DNA of 64,000 nt from an uncultured Planctomycetia bacterium (GCA_964437495.1 CAYTGV010000006.1:18529-82528), one strand, 5' to 3'; positions 39,685 through 51,074 are shown, numbered from the stretch's first letter. The notes: generated by a model from the sequence alone, not told the origin. A program made the numbers and translations.

Positions 39685-41787
39685 CTATAACTCCCCCGCC
39701 AGTATTTCGCCTACTCTATCGGCAATAATCTCATAACCAATCCTGGTGCAATGCCCATCAGGCAAAAAGTGGACAGAAAAATTATCCGGAGTTATACGTG
39801 ATTTAAACGCCTGATTTAAATCTATGAAGGTAACCTCTTTATCCTTGGCCGTCTGCTTCACTCTTTCATAAGTAGTAAGCGGATAACTCAGGAAAAACAG
39901 TTTCACTTTCCTTGTTTTGGCTATATGGCAAATTTGCTTTAAACAATTTAAAGCGATGGCATTGATTTTTTCTGATCTTCTCAGGGCAAATGCCTGACCA
40001 TCAGATCCCATATCATTAAAAAGCCTCGCGTAGTTTTTATCTTCCTTTAATATTCTCTCGACTTTTTCATTATATCTTTGTTCCTTTATATAAATTGCAA
40101 GAGCTATATTTGGATTTTCAATGCTCGGTGAAACATCCTCTCGATTGCGCTTGTTATTTTTGCCTTCTGGCTGATCATCTCCAAAATAACACGCATAATT
40201 TAACATCTCAATCGATTCTTTTTCTTGAGCCTTATTTTTTTTATTGGATATTCCTTTAAGATAACCCCGCTTATTTTCAAATACATTATCGATTAACACA
40301 TATAATTCATTTTCCGCATCTGATATGCTAAATTTTTTAGATAAAACATTATTTTCAGAAAGACCCCAACTTTCCATATATTGATCAGCTTCCTGGTTTG
40401 CAAAATCAAGTTTTAATACCAAATCATAATATTTTCTGACCTGATCATAATCCAGAACCCTTTTATATTGTCTTGCCAAACGCAGATTAATATCAACGTT
40501 TTTCGGAAATTTATTTGCCAAATAATTATAAAATCTTATCGCATGTTCGGGGGAATTCCAGGCAATAAACAACTCATCAAGCTCTTCCCAAACTTTGGCA
40601 TTAAATCCATACAAGTGAATGGTCTTAGCAAAAAGCAATAAATTATCCTCAAAAACATTTACCAATCTGCATACCTTTGAAAGAGCGATCATTTCATTGC
40701 CAAATTCCTCATCATCCCCGAGCTTTTCTTTATTAAAAAAAACTGTGCGGATATAAGCCCTGAATTTTTCCCTACTATTATCAAATAGTTCACCTTGCAA
40801 GGCACTCTTAGAATCCTTCAGAACCTGGGTGTAATACCGTAATAATTCTTCACTAACAAGTTCTCCATCAGGATTGATCCTTAGCGCAAAATCATAATAA
40901 AGCTTTGCCTCATCAAACCTATTCAAATCCCGGCACTCATTACCCAGCTTTATGGATTGGGTATAATAAGAATTATTTAATAAGCTATTATTTTCAATAA
41001 GACTCAGCGTTTCTGCGATCTTCTCTTTCTTCAGTTTATAGCTTAACACCGTTAATGCTTTTTTGTGATATCTCAACAATTCTTTTTTAATGCCAACATC
41101 ATCAGGATTGATTTTTAAAGCACAATCATAGTAGAGCTTTGCCTGATCAAACATGTTCTTGTCCCTAAACTCATTTCCCAGCATTAAAGCCTGGTAATAA
41201 TACGCATTGTTCAATCCGCCGTTTTCTTCAATAAGTCTTAGTATTTCACGCAGCCTTTTTTTTTCAATCTGAGCTACAAAGGTATTGGAATCCTGAGTCG
41301 TATTAAAAGAAGATGCTAATATCTTAATCATCCGGCTTAGACGTAAAGAAGAAATAACAGCAAATAACCTATCCTTTATGGATTTAGGATCAGAGAAAAA
41401 ACCCTCAAAATTCCATTCATCATTTGTCCCGATCATTATTAAAACAACATCAGGACTGTAATTATCCAAAATCTCTGAAAAACTGCCTGCCAGTATAGGC
41501 GTGTTTATCCCCGGCATTCCGCTATTGATCACCTCTATAGCGCCATTGCCAAATTTTTCTTCCAGCTTTGTTTGCAATTGAGCCGGATAAGCATCACAGC
41601 GTTTGACTCCCAGCCCGTAAGTGTAAGAATCTCCGATACACAGAATTTTTGATTTACTCTCAATGCCGAATATTTTTTTACTTAAGTTGCTTTGAGCTAC
41701 CCAGGCAGCCAAATGCAAAGATGCCTCCAAGACAACAAGGGAAATGATAATGCCAAACATTATGAGTAGTATTTTTTTTAATTTCAT
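39685..41787 (-). CDS. Membrane-anchored SGNH/GDSL hydrolase split by a ~450-aa TPR-like insertion with an internal tandem repeat
   Basis: Signal/TM N-terminus, SGNH block I (ILCIGDSYTYG), block II (INSGMPG) and block III (IGTNDEWN) near the N-terminus, and block V (LPDGHCT) only at the extreme C-terminus. Between them lie TPR-like repeats and an ~80-aa tandem duplication (LNNAYYYQALMLGNEFRDKNMFDQAKLYYDCALKINPD / LNNSYYTQSIKLGNECRDLNRFDEAKLYYDFALRINPD). Confidence 0.6.
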   Translation of the reverse strand: MKLKKILLIMFGIIISLVVLEASLHLAAWVAQSNLSKKIFGIESKSKILCIGDSYTYGLGVKRCDAYPAQLQTKLEEKFGNGAIEVINSGMPGINTPILAGSFSEILDNYSPDVVLIMIGTNDEWNFEGFFSDPKSIKDRLFAVISSLRLSRMIKILASSFNTTQDSNTFVAQIEKKRLREILRLIEENGGLNNAYYYQALMLGNEFRDKNMFDQAKLYYDCALKINPDDVGIKKELLRYHKKALTVLSYKLKKEKIAETLSLIENNSLLNNSYYTQSIKLGNECRDLNRFDEAKLYYDFALRINPDGELVSEELLRYYTQVLKDSKSALQGELFDNSREKFRAYIRTVFFNKEKLGDDEEFGNEMIALSKVCRLVNVFEDNLLLFAKTIHLYGFNAKVWEELDELFIAWNSPEHAIRFYNYLANKFPKNVDINLRLARQYKRVLDYDQVRKYYDLVLKLDFANQEADQYMESWGLSENNVLSKKFSISDAENELYVLIDNVFENKRGYLKGISNKKNKAQEKESIEMLNYACYFGDDQPEGKNNKRNREDVSPSIENPNIALAIYIKEQRYNEKVERILKEDKNYARLFNDMGSDGQAFALRRSEKINAIALNCLKQICHIAKTRKVKLFFLSYPLTTYERVKQTAKDKEVTFIDLNQAFKSRITPDNFSVHFLPDGHCTRIGYEIIADRVGEILAGEL

Positions 41788-41822
41788 AATCTTTTAAAAT
41801 TGCATTTTATCATATAAGACCG

Positions 41823-42989
<1,167 letters not shown>

Positions 42990-42999
42990 TTAAAAATTT

Positions 43000-43145
43000 G
43001 CACTAAATATTTAAATCTATTTTTCACTCCTAAACTATTTTTATTAATTTTATCCAGGGATGGTCATGACCACCCTCTTTAGATTCTAACCGCTGACGTT
43101 TTTATGCTTTTTTTTACTTTTACTTTTTTACTTTTAACTTGTAAC
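43000..43145. repeat. Intergenic repeat module M1, copy b (contains GGTCATGACC palindrome)
   Basis: About 90% identical to 13441-13585 and lies 60 bp upstream of the tgt start. Confidence 0.6.
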
Positions 43146-43191
43146 TTGTAATTCATAACTCGTAACTATTTCTTATCTTTTACACTTCCTG

Positions 43192-43400
43192 TACGCCACG
43201 CTTTGTGGCGAGGACAGTTTTTTAGCACCCACATCGTAAAGCTTTGAAGGAATTAAAATAATTTTAAAACGCCTCTCATAATTTTAGATAAATTTGGTCT
43301 GAATTTACGGGCCACCCGTAAGGGTGCGATGAATGTTTGATCCCGCTTCCTTTGGGCGGGAGAGTTTTCAGAGCACCGTAAATTTAAGGCTGATTTATCG
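43192..43400. repeat. Two related GC-rich hairpin units with an AGCACC...GTAAA tail in the tgt-queA spacer
   Basis: Unit 1 is CGCCAC-gcttt-GTGGCG followed by AGGACAGTTTTTTAGCACCCACATCGTAAAGC. Unit 2 is CCCGC-ttcctttgg-GCGGG followed by AGAGTTTTCAGAGCACCGTAAATTT. A further CACCCGTAAGGGTG hairpin lies between them. Confidence 0.35.
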
Positions 43401-43538
43401 CTTTCGATATTTTTCTATCGGAAAAAATCATGTAAAGTGTAAAATCATTTTGAGCCCTTACTACCACGTACCTCTCATCGCTTAGGAACTCTTTACTCCT
43501 TATTTTCTGTTAACCTTTTTCAGGATAACACACGCAAG

Positions 43539-43600
43539 CCATCAGCCATCGACTATTAGCCATTAGCTTATTCTCTTTTAACTTTTTACTTTTAACTTGC
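43539..43600. repeat. Intergenic repeat module M4, copy c
   Basis: CCATCAGCCATCGACTATTAGCCATTAGCTTATTCTCTTTTAACTTTTTACTTTTAACTT is nearly identical to 13725-13790 and lies just past the queA stop. Confidence 0.55.
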
Positions 43601-43666
43601 GATCTCAATCGCTAACCCGCAATTTACAACTTATTTCTTGCTACTCGCTTCTTGCTTCTCGCTACT

Positions 43667-44725
43667 TCATATAATAAGCATTGCATCCCCATAGCTAAAG
43701 AACCGGTATTTAGCCTCAACCGCCTTTGCATATGCATCAAGCATCAGCTCTCTTGAGGCAAAGGCAGATACGAGCATAAGCAGGGTAGTTTTCGGTAAGT
43801 GAAAGTTAGTAAGCAGCATATCAACAGCCTTAAACTCATAATGCGGGTAAACAAACAAATCTGTCTGCCCTTTTCTAGGCTTTATTGAAAACCCTTTATC
43901 ATTTTCGGCACATGTTTCCAGAACCCGGGCGACAGTAGTTCCTACAGCACAGATCCTGCCGCCATTTTGTTTCACCTCTTCAATTTCTAAAGCAGCATTT
44001 TTACTTAATTCAAAATACTCCTTATGCATTTTATGCTCAGTAACATTATCTACTTTAACAGGCAAAAAAGTCCCAAGCCCCACATGCAGAGTGAGATTGA
44101 TTATCCTCACCTTATTATCTTTAATAGCGTCAATTGTCGCTTGGGTAAAATGCAGGCCGGCTGTAGGTGCTGCAATCGCCCCGGGGTTTTTAGCATATAT
44201 TGTTTGGTATCTTGCGCTGTCTCTAGAGGCAACTTCTCTCTTTATATAAGGAGGCAATGGCATCACGCCGATCTCATCCAAAACAATCTCCATATCCTCT
44301 TCAAGCGTAAATTCAATCAATTTCATTCCCTGGCTCACAGCCTCTTCTGCCGCACAAACAACAGCCTGATATTTATTATCAGCAAAGCTGATTATTACAT
44401 CAGGCTTAAGTTTTTTACTGGGCTTTGCCAATACAAAATAGCGATTTTTTTTTATCCTTTCCACCAGCAGTATATCAATTGCTCTGTCCTTTATATAACC
44501 TCTTAGGCGGACAGGCTTTACTTTGGTGTCATTTAAAACCAGGGCATCACCGGACCTAAACATTGCAGCAATATCCTTAAAGTGTGCATTACTGATACGG
44601 CCTGTCTTTCGCTCTACAATTAAAAGCCGTGAATCATCACGGCATTTAGCAGGAAACTGCGCAATCAATTCCTGCGGAAGATGGTAATCAAAATCAGATA
44701 TTTTCACTTTTTTAAAAAATCCCAA
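43667..44725 (-). CDS. queA: S-adenosylmethionine:tRNA ribosyltransferase-isomerase
   Basis: N-terminal DFDYHLPQELIAQ signature; 352 aa. Confidence 0.9.
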   Translation of the reverse strand: MGFFKKVKISDFDYHLPQELIAQFPAKCRDDSRLLIVERKTGRISNAHFKDIAAMFRSGDALVLNDTKVKPVRLRGYIKDRAIDILLVERIKKNRYFVLAKPSKKLKPDVIISFADNKYQAVVCAAEEAVSQGMKLIEFTLEEDMEIVLDEIGVMPLPPYIKREVASRDSARYQTIYAKNPGAIAAPTAGLHFTQATIDAIKDNKVRIINLTLHVGLGTFLPVKVDNVTEHKMHKEYFELSKNAALEIEEVKQNGGRICAVGTTVARVLETCAENDKGFSIKPRKGQTDLFVYPHYEFKAVDMLLTNFHLPKTTLLMLVSAFASRELMLDAYAKAVEAKYRFFSYGDAMLII

Positions 44726-44763
44726 AACCTTTCTCTTTTAATTATTTGACACACTTATAAATG

Positions 44764-45318
44764 TCACTTCCCTGCCTTAGCCTTTAACCTATCCTCAAGG
44801 CTGTATTTGCATCCGCAGTATTTCTGGCGATACATTTGCTCTTGCCTGGATATCTTCACTGCTTCCTGGTATCCCTCGCTGAAATCATAATAAAAAAAGC
44901 TGATTCCGCTCTCTTGTGCCGCCTTTTCTCCCAGGCGTTTTATGGCCTGTTTATCCTGGTATGGACTGACCAGCAAGGTCGTAGAAAAAGCCTCAACATT
45001 AATACTCTTTGCATACTCAGCTGTTTTTTTTAGCCTCAGATACCAGCAATTCATGCAGCGCTGCGGTGCTTCAAGATTATCTTTAACAGCATCATTGAAT
45101 TGCTCTTCATTGTAACCTTCAGAAAAATATATATCGCAATCAACCTGTTTAGAATATTCCCTTACATATTTCTCCCGAATAACATACTCATCATGCGGAT
45201 ATATATTGGGATTATAGAAAAAACCCTCAACATCATAATTCAATTCCCTTAATTTCTTAAGCGGATAGATCTCACAAGGAGCACAGCATATATGTAATAG
45301 TATTCTGCTAGAGCGCAT
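44764..45318 (-). CDS. queH: Epoxyqueuosine reductase QueH (DUF208)
   Basis: N-terminal LLHICCAPC cysteine cluster and downstream CxxC; family size ~180 aa; adjacent to queA and tgt. Confidence 0.72.
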   Translation of the reverse strand: MRSSRILLHICCAPCEIYPLKKLRELNYDVEGFFYNPNIYPHDEYVIREKYVREYSKQVDCDIYFSEGYNEEQFNDAVKDNLEAPQRCMNCWYLRLKKTAEYAKSINVEAFSTTLLVSPYQDKQAIKRLGEKAAQESGISFFYYDFSEGYQEAVKISRQEQMYRQKYCGCKYSLEDRLKAKAGK

Positions 45319-46385
45319 TATTCAAATATCTCCTTTTGGTTGTCCTTGGTCCTTTTGCGGCCGAGATGATTATAGGCAAGGTCTGTTGCTTGACGCCCCC
45401 GGGATGTTCTCTTAAGCAGTGCCATTTTTAACAGATAAGGCTCTACCACATCAACTATCGTATCGCTTTCCTCATTTAGTGTAGCCGCAAGCGATTCTAT
45501 GCCCACAGGCCCTCCCTCATAAGCATCTATTATTACCCCCAGCACTCTGCGGTCAATTTCATCAAGGCCAAGGTCATCGACCCCCTGCAGATCCAGGGCA
45601 ATATCCGTAATTTCAGCATTGACCTTTCCGCCTGCCTTAACCTCACTATAATCTCTAACCCTACGCAAAAGACGATTAGCCACACGCGGAGTTCCGCGGG
45701 ATCTTTTAGCTATAAGTTCAGCGCTTTTATTATCAAGTTCAAGCCCCAATTTCTCGGCTGATTTTTTTACAATATTCACCAGCTCCTGCCAGGGGTAAAA
45801 ATCAATATGGTAATACATTCCAAAGCGGCTGCGCAAAGGAGCGCTAAGCAGTCCTGAACGGGTTGTCGCCCCGATAAGCGTAAAAGGTTTTAAATTAAAC
45901 TGTATTGTTTTGGCATAAGGCCCCTTATCAATAACAAAATCAATCTTATGGTCTTCCATTGCCGGATAAAGAAATTCTTCAACTATCTTTGATAGCCTGT
46001 GGATTTCATCAATAAAAAGTATATCCCCGTGCTCCAGATTGGTAAGAATACCGATGAGATCACCGGCCCTTTCTATGGCCGGGCCTGAGGTTGTCGTTAT
46101 CTTTGTTCCCATTTCATGCGCCACAATATGCGCAAGTGTCGTCTTTCCCAGTCCGGGCGGGCCAGAAAGCATCAAATGCTCAAGCGGTTCCTTCCTTGAT
46201 TTTGCCGCCTGAATCCCTATCTGGAGATTTTCTTTAAGCTTGATCTGGCCGATAAAATCGCTGAATTTCAAAGGACGCAGCGATAGATTGAGCACCAGAT
46301 CATCCTCTGTCTCCTGCTGCATAAGCACAGGTTCTCTGTGCATCTTGGGATCCTTATTGATTTGATCTTTGTTTGTATACTTCAT
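45318..46385 (-). CDS. ruvB: Holliday junction branch migration ATPase RuvB
   Basis: AAA+ Walker [10 protein letters not shown] and the C-terminal winged helix. Confidence 0.95.
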   Translation of the reverse strand: MKYTNKDQINKDPKMHREPVLMQQETEDDLVLNLSLRPLKFSDFIGQIKLKENLQIGIQAAKSRKEPLEHLMLSGPPGLGKTTLAHIVAHEMGTKITTTSGPAIERAGDLIGILTNLEHGDILFIDEIHRLSKIVEEFLYPAMEDHKIDFVIDKGPYAKTIQFNLKPFTLIGATTRSGLLSAPLRSRFGMYYHIDFYPWQELVNIVKKSAEKLGLELDNKSAELIAKRSRGTPRVANRLLRRVRDYSEVKAGGKVNAEITDIALDLQGVDDLGLDEIDRRVLGVIIDAYEGGPVGIESLAATLNEESDTIVDVVEPYLLKMALLKRTSRGRQATDLAYNHLGRKRTKDNQKEIFE

Positions 46386-46974
46386 TTAATAGCTCTTCCG
46401 AATTTTTAACATCTGGATTTCTCATCAGGGCATTCTTGATCATTTTTTCTGCCTCAGATTTTTTATACTGCAGCTGTAAAAGCACAGCTACTGCTTCCTG
46501 CTCTAAATCACCTGCGCCTGATTTCTGCTTCACTTCAAGCACAATCCCCTGGATAAGACCGAATTTTCCTACTTTGCCCTGTAATTTAGCAACTATTTCC
46601 CTTGCTCTTTGGGTGCCTATTCCAGGCAATGACTTTAGATATGCGATATCGCCGGCATCAATTGCTCTGGCTATAACCGGTATCGGTTCAGCTATTGCCT
46701 TTACCGCGGCCTTAGGTCCGATGCCGGATACCGTAATAAATCTTTCAAAAAATTCCTTCTCCACCTCATTTAGGAATCCAATCAGAGTCGGAATACTTTT
46801 ATTCTGATCTGTCTGATGATAATGAAAAGTAACAAATTCACAATCGGTTTCATCTTGAGCAATACACTTCATTACCCCATGTGGGATAAAAACCTCATAT
46901 CCGAATCCGCCGACTTCCACCAGCAATGAATTTTCTCTTCTTTGGATAATTTTACCTTTAATTCTGCAGATCAT
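46354..46974 (-). CDS. ruvA: Holliday junction DNA helicase RuvA
   Basis: 206-aa ORF with an OB domain, two HhH motifs and a C-terminal RuvB-binding domain. Confidence 0.85.
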   Translation of the reverse strand: MICRIKGKIIQRRENSLLVEVGGFGYEVFIPHGVMKCIAQDETDCEFVTFHYHQTDQNKSIPTLIGFLNEVEKEFFERFITVSGIGPKAAVKAIAEPIPVIARAIDAGDIAYLKSLPGIGTQRAREIVAKLQGKVGKFGLIQGIVLEVKQKSGAGDLEQEAVAVLLQLQYKKSEAEKMIKNALMRNPDVKNSEELLNEVYKQRSNQ

Positions 46975-47486
46975 ATTTTCCTGTAAATAAAATTAATATG
47001 GGTTAAAGCCAAAGCCAGCGCATCTGCAACATCATGCGGCTGAGGCAAAGTTTTAAGTCCAAGTGTTTCTTTAACAACTTCCTGCATCTGTGATTTAGTA
47101 GCTGTTCCGGCCCCAGTTACCGCTTTCTTCACTTTTTTGGGTGCATAGCCGGCAACAGTAAGTTTATGCTGAGCTCCAACAAGACAAATAACTCCCCGCG
47201 CATGCGCCATGAGTATAGCTGTCTTAGGATTTTTATAATGAGAATAAAGTTCTTCTATAACCATTATATCAGGCCGGCAGACTTCAAGCACCTGTATAAG
47301 TCCATTATATATCTTATTTAACCTATTTGTGAATTTATCTTTCGTGGATGTCCTGATAACCCCGGCTTCGATAAGCTTAAGGCGGCCGTCACGTCCCCGC
47401 ACAGATATACAAGAATGATGTTTATTGAATTCTATAACACCGTATCCTACGCACTGCAACCCAGGGTCAACTCCTAAAACTCGCAT
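46971..47486 (-). CDS. ruvC: Crossover junction endodeoxyribonuclease RuvC
   Basis: RNase H-like fold starting MRVLGVDPG with catalytic acidic residues. Confidence 0.85.
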   Translation of the reverse strand: MRVLGVDPGLQCVGYGVIEFNKHHSCISVRGRDGRLKLIEAGVIRTSTKDKFTNRLNKIYNGLIQVLEVCRPDIMVIEELYSHYKNPKTAILMAHARGVICLVGAQHKLTVAGYAPKKVKKAVTGAGTATKSQMQEVVKETLGLKTLPQPHDVADALALALTHINFIYRKI

Positions 47487-47495
47487 ATATAACCT

Positions 47496-48251
47496 TTAAA
47501 CTTCCAATTCAGATAATATATCATCCGGAATATCAAAATTGGCATAAACATTCTGGACATCATCATTATCTTCTAATGCATTGATAAGACCGAGAATCTG
47601 CTGGGCAACTCCCTTTTCTGTTATTTTCACAGTAGAGTCAGGAACCATAGTTACTTCAGCCAAGGAGATCTCAATACCACTGCCTTCAATTGCTTTTTTT
47701 ACCGCTTCAAATCCCTTCGGCTGTGTACTTATTTCATAGATATCATCCTCTGTCTGCATATCCTCAGCCCCGTTTTCCAGAATGATATTCATCAGCTTGT
47801 CCTCTTCACTTTTTTCCTTGGCAACGATTATCATTCCTTTTTGCTTAAACTGCCAGGCAACAGAACCAGCCCCGGCCATATTCCCGTTTTTCTTGGTAAA
47901 GATACTGCGTACTTCAGCCGCGGCCCTGTTCTTATTATCAGTCAGCACATCCACCAGAACCGCTACCCCGCTCGGGCCATAGCCCTCATATACCATAGAT
48001 TCATAAATAACACCAGGCAATTCGCCAGTACCCTTTTTTATTGCCTTTTCAATATTATCTTTAGGCATATTAGCGTCTTTTGCCTTCTGAATAGCCAGCC
48101 TCAAACGCGGATTAGCATCCGGGTCGCCGCCGCCACCTTCACGCGCTCCAACAGTCAATTCCTTGTTCAGCTTTGTAAACAGCTTGCCCCGTTTTGAATC
48201 CGTAGCTGCCTTTTTATGTTTAATACTAGCCCATTTTGAATGTCCTGACAT
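47496..48251 (-). CDS. yebC: YebC/PmpR family DNA-binding transcriptional regulator
   Basis: [16 protein letters not shown]-terminal signature. Confidence 0.88.
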   Translation of the reverse strand: MSGHSKWASIKHKKAATDSKRGKLFTKLNKELTVGAREGGGGDPDANPRLRLAIQKAKDANMPKDNIEKAIKKGTGELPGVIYESMVYEGYGPSGVAVLVDVLTDNKNRAAAEVRSIFTKKNGNMAGAGSVAWQFKQKGMIIVAKEKSEEDKLMNIILENGAEDMQTEDDIYEISTQPKGFEAVKKAIEGSGIEISLAEVTMVPDSTVKITEKGVAQQILGLINALEDNDDVQNVYANFDIPDDILSELEV

Positions 48252-48334
48252 AAGATCATCACTCCTATTTTAAACGATTATATTTGTATTGAGTATCGCG
48301 TCTTGACAACTAATTCATTACAGTCTGAGAACTC

Positions 48335-48410
48335 TTCGCTTTTTCGTCCTTCGTCCTAGTAATCCCGCCGTATTCTGGCGAGAGAATGATCATCCTTCGT
48401 CACTCGGGTT
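48335..48410. repeat. Intergenic repeat module M2, copy d
   Basis: CGTCCTTCGTCCTAGTAATCCCGCCGTATTCTGGCGAGAGAATGATCATCCTTCGTCAC lies between the pilin stop and the yebC start. Confidence 0.45.
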
Positions 48411-48429
48411 TTCACTAAATACTATATAA

Positions 48430-48945
48430 TTAAGTTGGATTGTATTTTACAATCTTAGTTTCAAATGTCTCTAAACTCTCTTTACCTTTAAAACTCCAGC
48501 GTACAGTCAATTTAATATCTTTTGTATTTGATATCCCTGGGGCACTGACCACGATACTGTATGAGAAGCCCCCATAGTCAGTGTCATCTAAATATAAGCC
48601 GCCGGTATCATAGGCATCAGCAGCTGTTATATCGTCAAAGCTTGCTGCTCTAATTTCCTCAATATGCTTTTTAGCTATTAAAGCAGATATTGTCAAATCC
48701 GCTGCTTTTTTTGAAGCATCCAGGGCAACCGGTAAATAACCCATAACAGCAACCAAGCCAACACCTAAAATCGTTAGGGCAATCAGTATCTCAATTAAGG
48801 TAAATCCCCTTAGAGATTTTGGGACTCTAACAATATTATACAATAACGGTATTTTCAAACCAACTTCGCCTTTATTAGATATCTTCCCCCAATGATTAGA
48901 ATCCTTAGCCTTCTCTAATGGGGTAAAAACTCTTTTTTTATACAT
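48430..48945 (-). CDS. Type IV pilin / pseudopilin-like protein (prepilin-type N-terminal cleavage/methylation domain)
   Basis: G|FTLIEILIALTILGVGLVAV class III signal; the ORF from its first ATG would give an unusually long 46-aa leader, so the true start may be a non-ATG codon. Confidence 0.65.
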   Translation of the reverse strand: MYKKRVFTPLEKAKDSNHWGKISNKGEVGLKIPLLYNIVRVPKSLRGFTLIEILIALTILGVGLVAVMGYLPVALDASKKAADLTISALIAKKHIEEIRAASFDDITAADAYDTGGLYLDDTDYGGFSYSIVVSAPGISNTKDIKLTVRWSFKGKESLETFETKIVKYNPT

Positions 48946-48977
48946 CGCTAATTTTTATCTTAACAGATCAAGATACC

Positions 48978-51074
48978 TTAATGAACCTCTTCTTTTTCCA
49001 CAACCTTTGACTGGCTGATAATTTTTTCAGTCTGCTTACTCGGCACTTCCTCATAATGCGAAAAGCTCATTGAATAAGATCCACGCCCCTGAGTCATAGA
49101 ACGCAAATCAGTTGCATAGCGCAGCATTTCAGAAAGCGGTACCTGTGCCTTTACCATTTCATTTTTCCCGAGCTGTTCCATCCCCTGAACTCTTCCCCTT
49201 CGCGAGCTTAAGTCTCCGTTGATCGCCCCCATATATTCAGGCCCAATAACTACTTCCACATGCATCACTGGTTCAATAAGAACAGGGTTTGCCTCAAGAA
49301 TCCCCTCTTTTAAAGCCATGCCGGCAGCTATTTGAAAGGCCATATCCGAGGAATCTACATTATGATAAGAGCCGTCATAAAGTGTAACTTGGATATCAAC
49401 CAGTGGATATCCGGCAATAATGCCTTCAGTCATTTTTTTGCGCACGCCTTTTTCTACAGAGGGAATATATTGTCTAGGTACTGAACCGCCTACAATCTTG
49501 TCCACAAATTCAAAATCCCCACCTCTGGGAAGAGGCGCAATCTCAAGCCAGACATCGCCATACTGCCCGCGTCCGCCGGATTGTTTTTTATATTTATGGT
49601 GAGCCTTAACTGTTTTCTTTATCGTCTCTTTATAAGCAACTTTCGGGGTTCCTACATCCACCTCAACATGATAACGGCTTTTTAATCTTTCAATGGCAAT
49701 CTCAAGATGCATATCACCCATGCCGGAAAGAATCAATTCCTTTGTTTGCGGATTCCGGGTTACCCGAATCCCCTTATCCTCAGTAGTCATCTTTGACAAA
49801 GCATGAGAAATTTTTTCTTCATCCTGTCTTGTTTTAGGTTTAAGCGAAAAAGAGATCGAGGGTTCCATAGAACGGCCCAATACAAACAATGCCTTGTCCT
49901 TGGCTGTACCCATCGAATCACCTGTATGTGTATCCTTTAATTTGGCCACTGCTCCAATATCTCCTGAGGCCACGATATCCACCGGTAGCTGCTCTTTACC
50001 CTGCAGCACATAAAGCTGGCCAAAACGCTCGGCTGTGCCGGTTGTAACATTAAAAAAATCTGTATTTGAACTAATGCTTCCGGAAATCACTTTGAATACA
50101 CTCAGCTGTCCCACATAAGGGTCAGATATTGTTTTAAACACATATCCTGTGAAAGGCTGATCAACTTTAGTAAGCACTTCCTTCGGCTCTTTTGTCTCGG
50201 GATCTAGTGCCTCTACCTTTCCCAAAGCAGACGGCGAAGGAAAGTAATTTACAATCTTCTCGATCAATTCCTTTACCCCAAACCCGCCTATAGAATTACC
50301 GCAAAAAATCGGGATCACCGCTCTATCTCTAAACGCAATCTTAAAAACCCGGCAGATCTCATCCTGTGATAATTCTTCACCATTAAGATACTTTTCAACC
50401 ATTACATCATCAGCAACTGCCACGATTTCAATAAATGCCTCGCGAAATTTTTCCGCTTTTGCCTTTTCATCATCAGAGAGCTGATCCCAGCCTGCCTTAG
50501 TCAGCAAATTAGCCACTCCCTTAAAGCCAGCTTCTTTTCCTATCGGTAGAAATAGGGGCGTGCACTGTTTCCCGAATTCCTTTCTAATCGACTCAACTGT
50601 ATTATAAAAATCCGCATTCTCTTTATCAAGTTTACTTATATATATAGCCCTGGGCATTTTTGCCTCATCAAGAATTCCCCATGCCCTTTGCGTCCCCACC
50701 TCGATTCCATCAGGCGCTCCAATAACAACTATAGCCACATCTGCCGCAGGAACTGCATTGCGCAGCTCCATGATAAAATCAGCATATCCGGGAGTATCAA
50801 TAATATTAATTTTCGTCTTGCCAGAAATACAATGCAAGACAGAAGCATTTATAGAGATTTTGTGATTTATCTCTATGGGATCGAAATCGCTGATGGAATT
50901 ACCCTCATCAACGCGTCCAAGCCGGCTTACCTGTTGGCAATTAAAAAGCATTGCATCTGCTAAAGATGTTTTACCTGCACCACTGTGAGAAACCAATGCA
51001 ACATTGCGAACAGTACTTTCAGAATATCTTTCCATTCTTGAGACCTCCTTCTGAGTATATAAGTTAGGCAGCAA
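48978..51074 (-). CDS. Elongation factor G family GTPase, divergent paralogue (EF-G2-like)
   Basis: 698 aa with all five EF-G domains. G1 is SHSGAGKTS (canonical AHIDAGKTT), switch II is DTPGYADF (canonical DTPGHVDF) and G4 is SKLD. Confidence 0.8.
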   Translation of the reverse strand: MLPNLYTQKEVSRMERYSESTVRNVALVSHSGAGKTSLADAMLFNCQQVSRLGRVDEGNSISDFDPIEINHKISINASVLHCISGKTKINIIDTPGYADFIMELRNAVPAADVAIVVIGAPDGIEVGTQRAWGILDEAKMPRAIYISKLDKENADFYNTVESIRKEFGKQCTPLFLPIGKEAGFKGVANLLTKAGWDQLSDDEKAKAEKFREAFIEIVAVADDVMVEKYLNGEELSQDEICRVFKIAFRDRAVIPIFCGNSIGGFGVKELIEKIVNYFPSPSALGKVEALDPETKEPKEVLTKVDQPFTGYVFKTISDPYVGQLSVFKVISGSISSNTDFFNVTTGTAERFGQLYVLQGKEQLPVDIVASGDIGAVAKLKDTHTGDSMGTAKDKALFVLGRSMEPSISFSLKPKTRQDEEKISHALSKMTTEDKGIRVTRNPQTKELILSGMGDMHLEIAIERLKSRYHVEVDVGTPKVAYKETIKKTVKAHHKYKKQSGGRGQYGDVWLEIAPLPRGGDFEFVDKIVGGSVPRQYIPSVEKGVRKKMTEGIIAGYPLVDIQVTLYDGSYHNVDSSDMAFQIAAGMALKEGILEANPVLIEPVMHVEVVIGPEYMGAINGDLSSRRGRVQGMEQLGKNEMVKAQVPLSEMLRYATDLRSMTQGRGSYSMSFSHYEEVPSKQTEKIISQSKVVEKEEVH

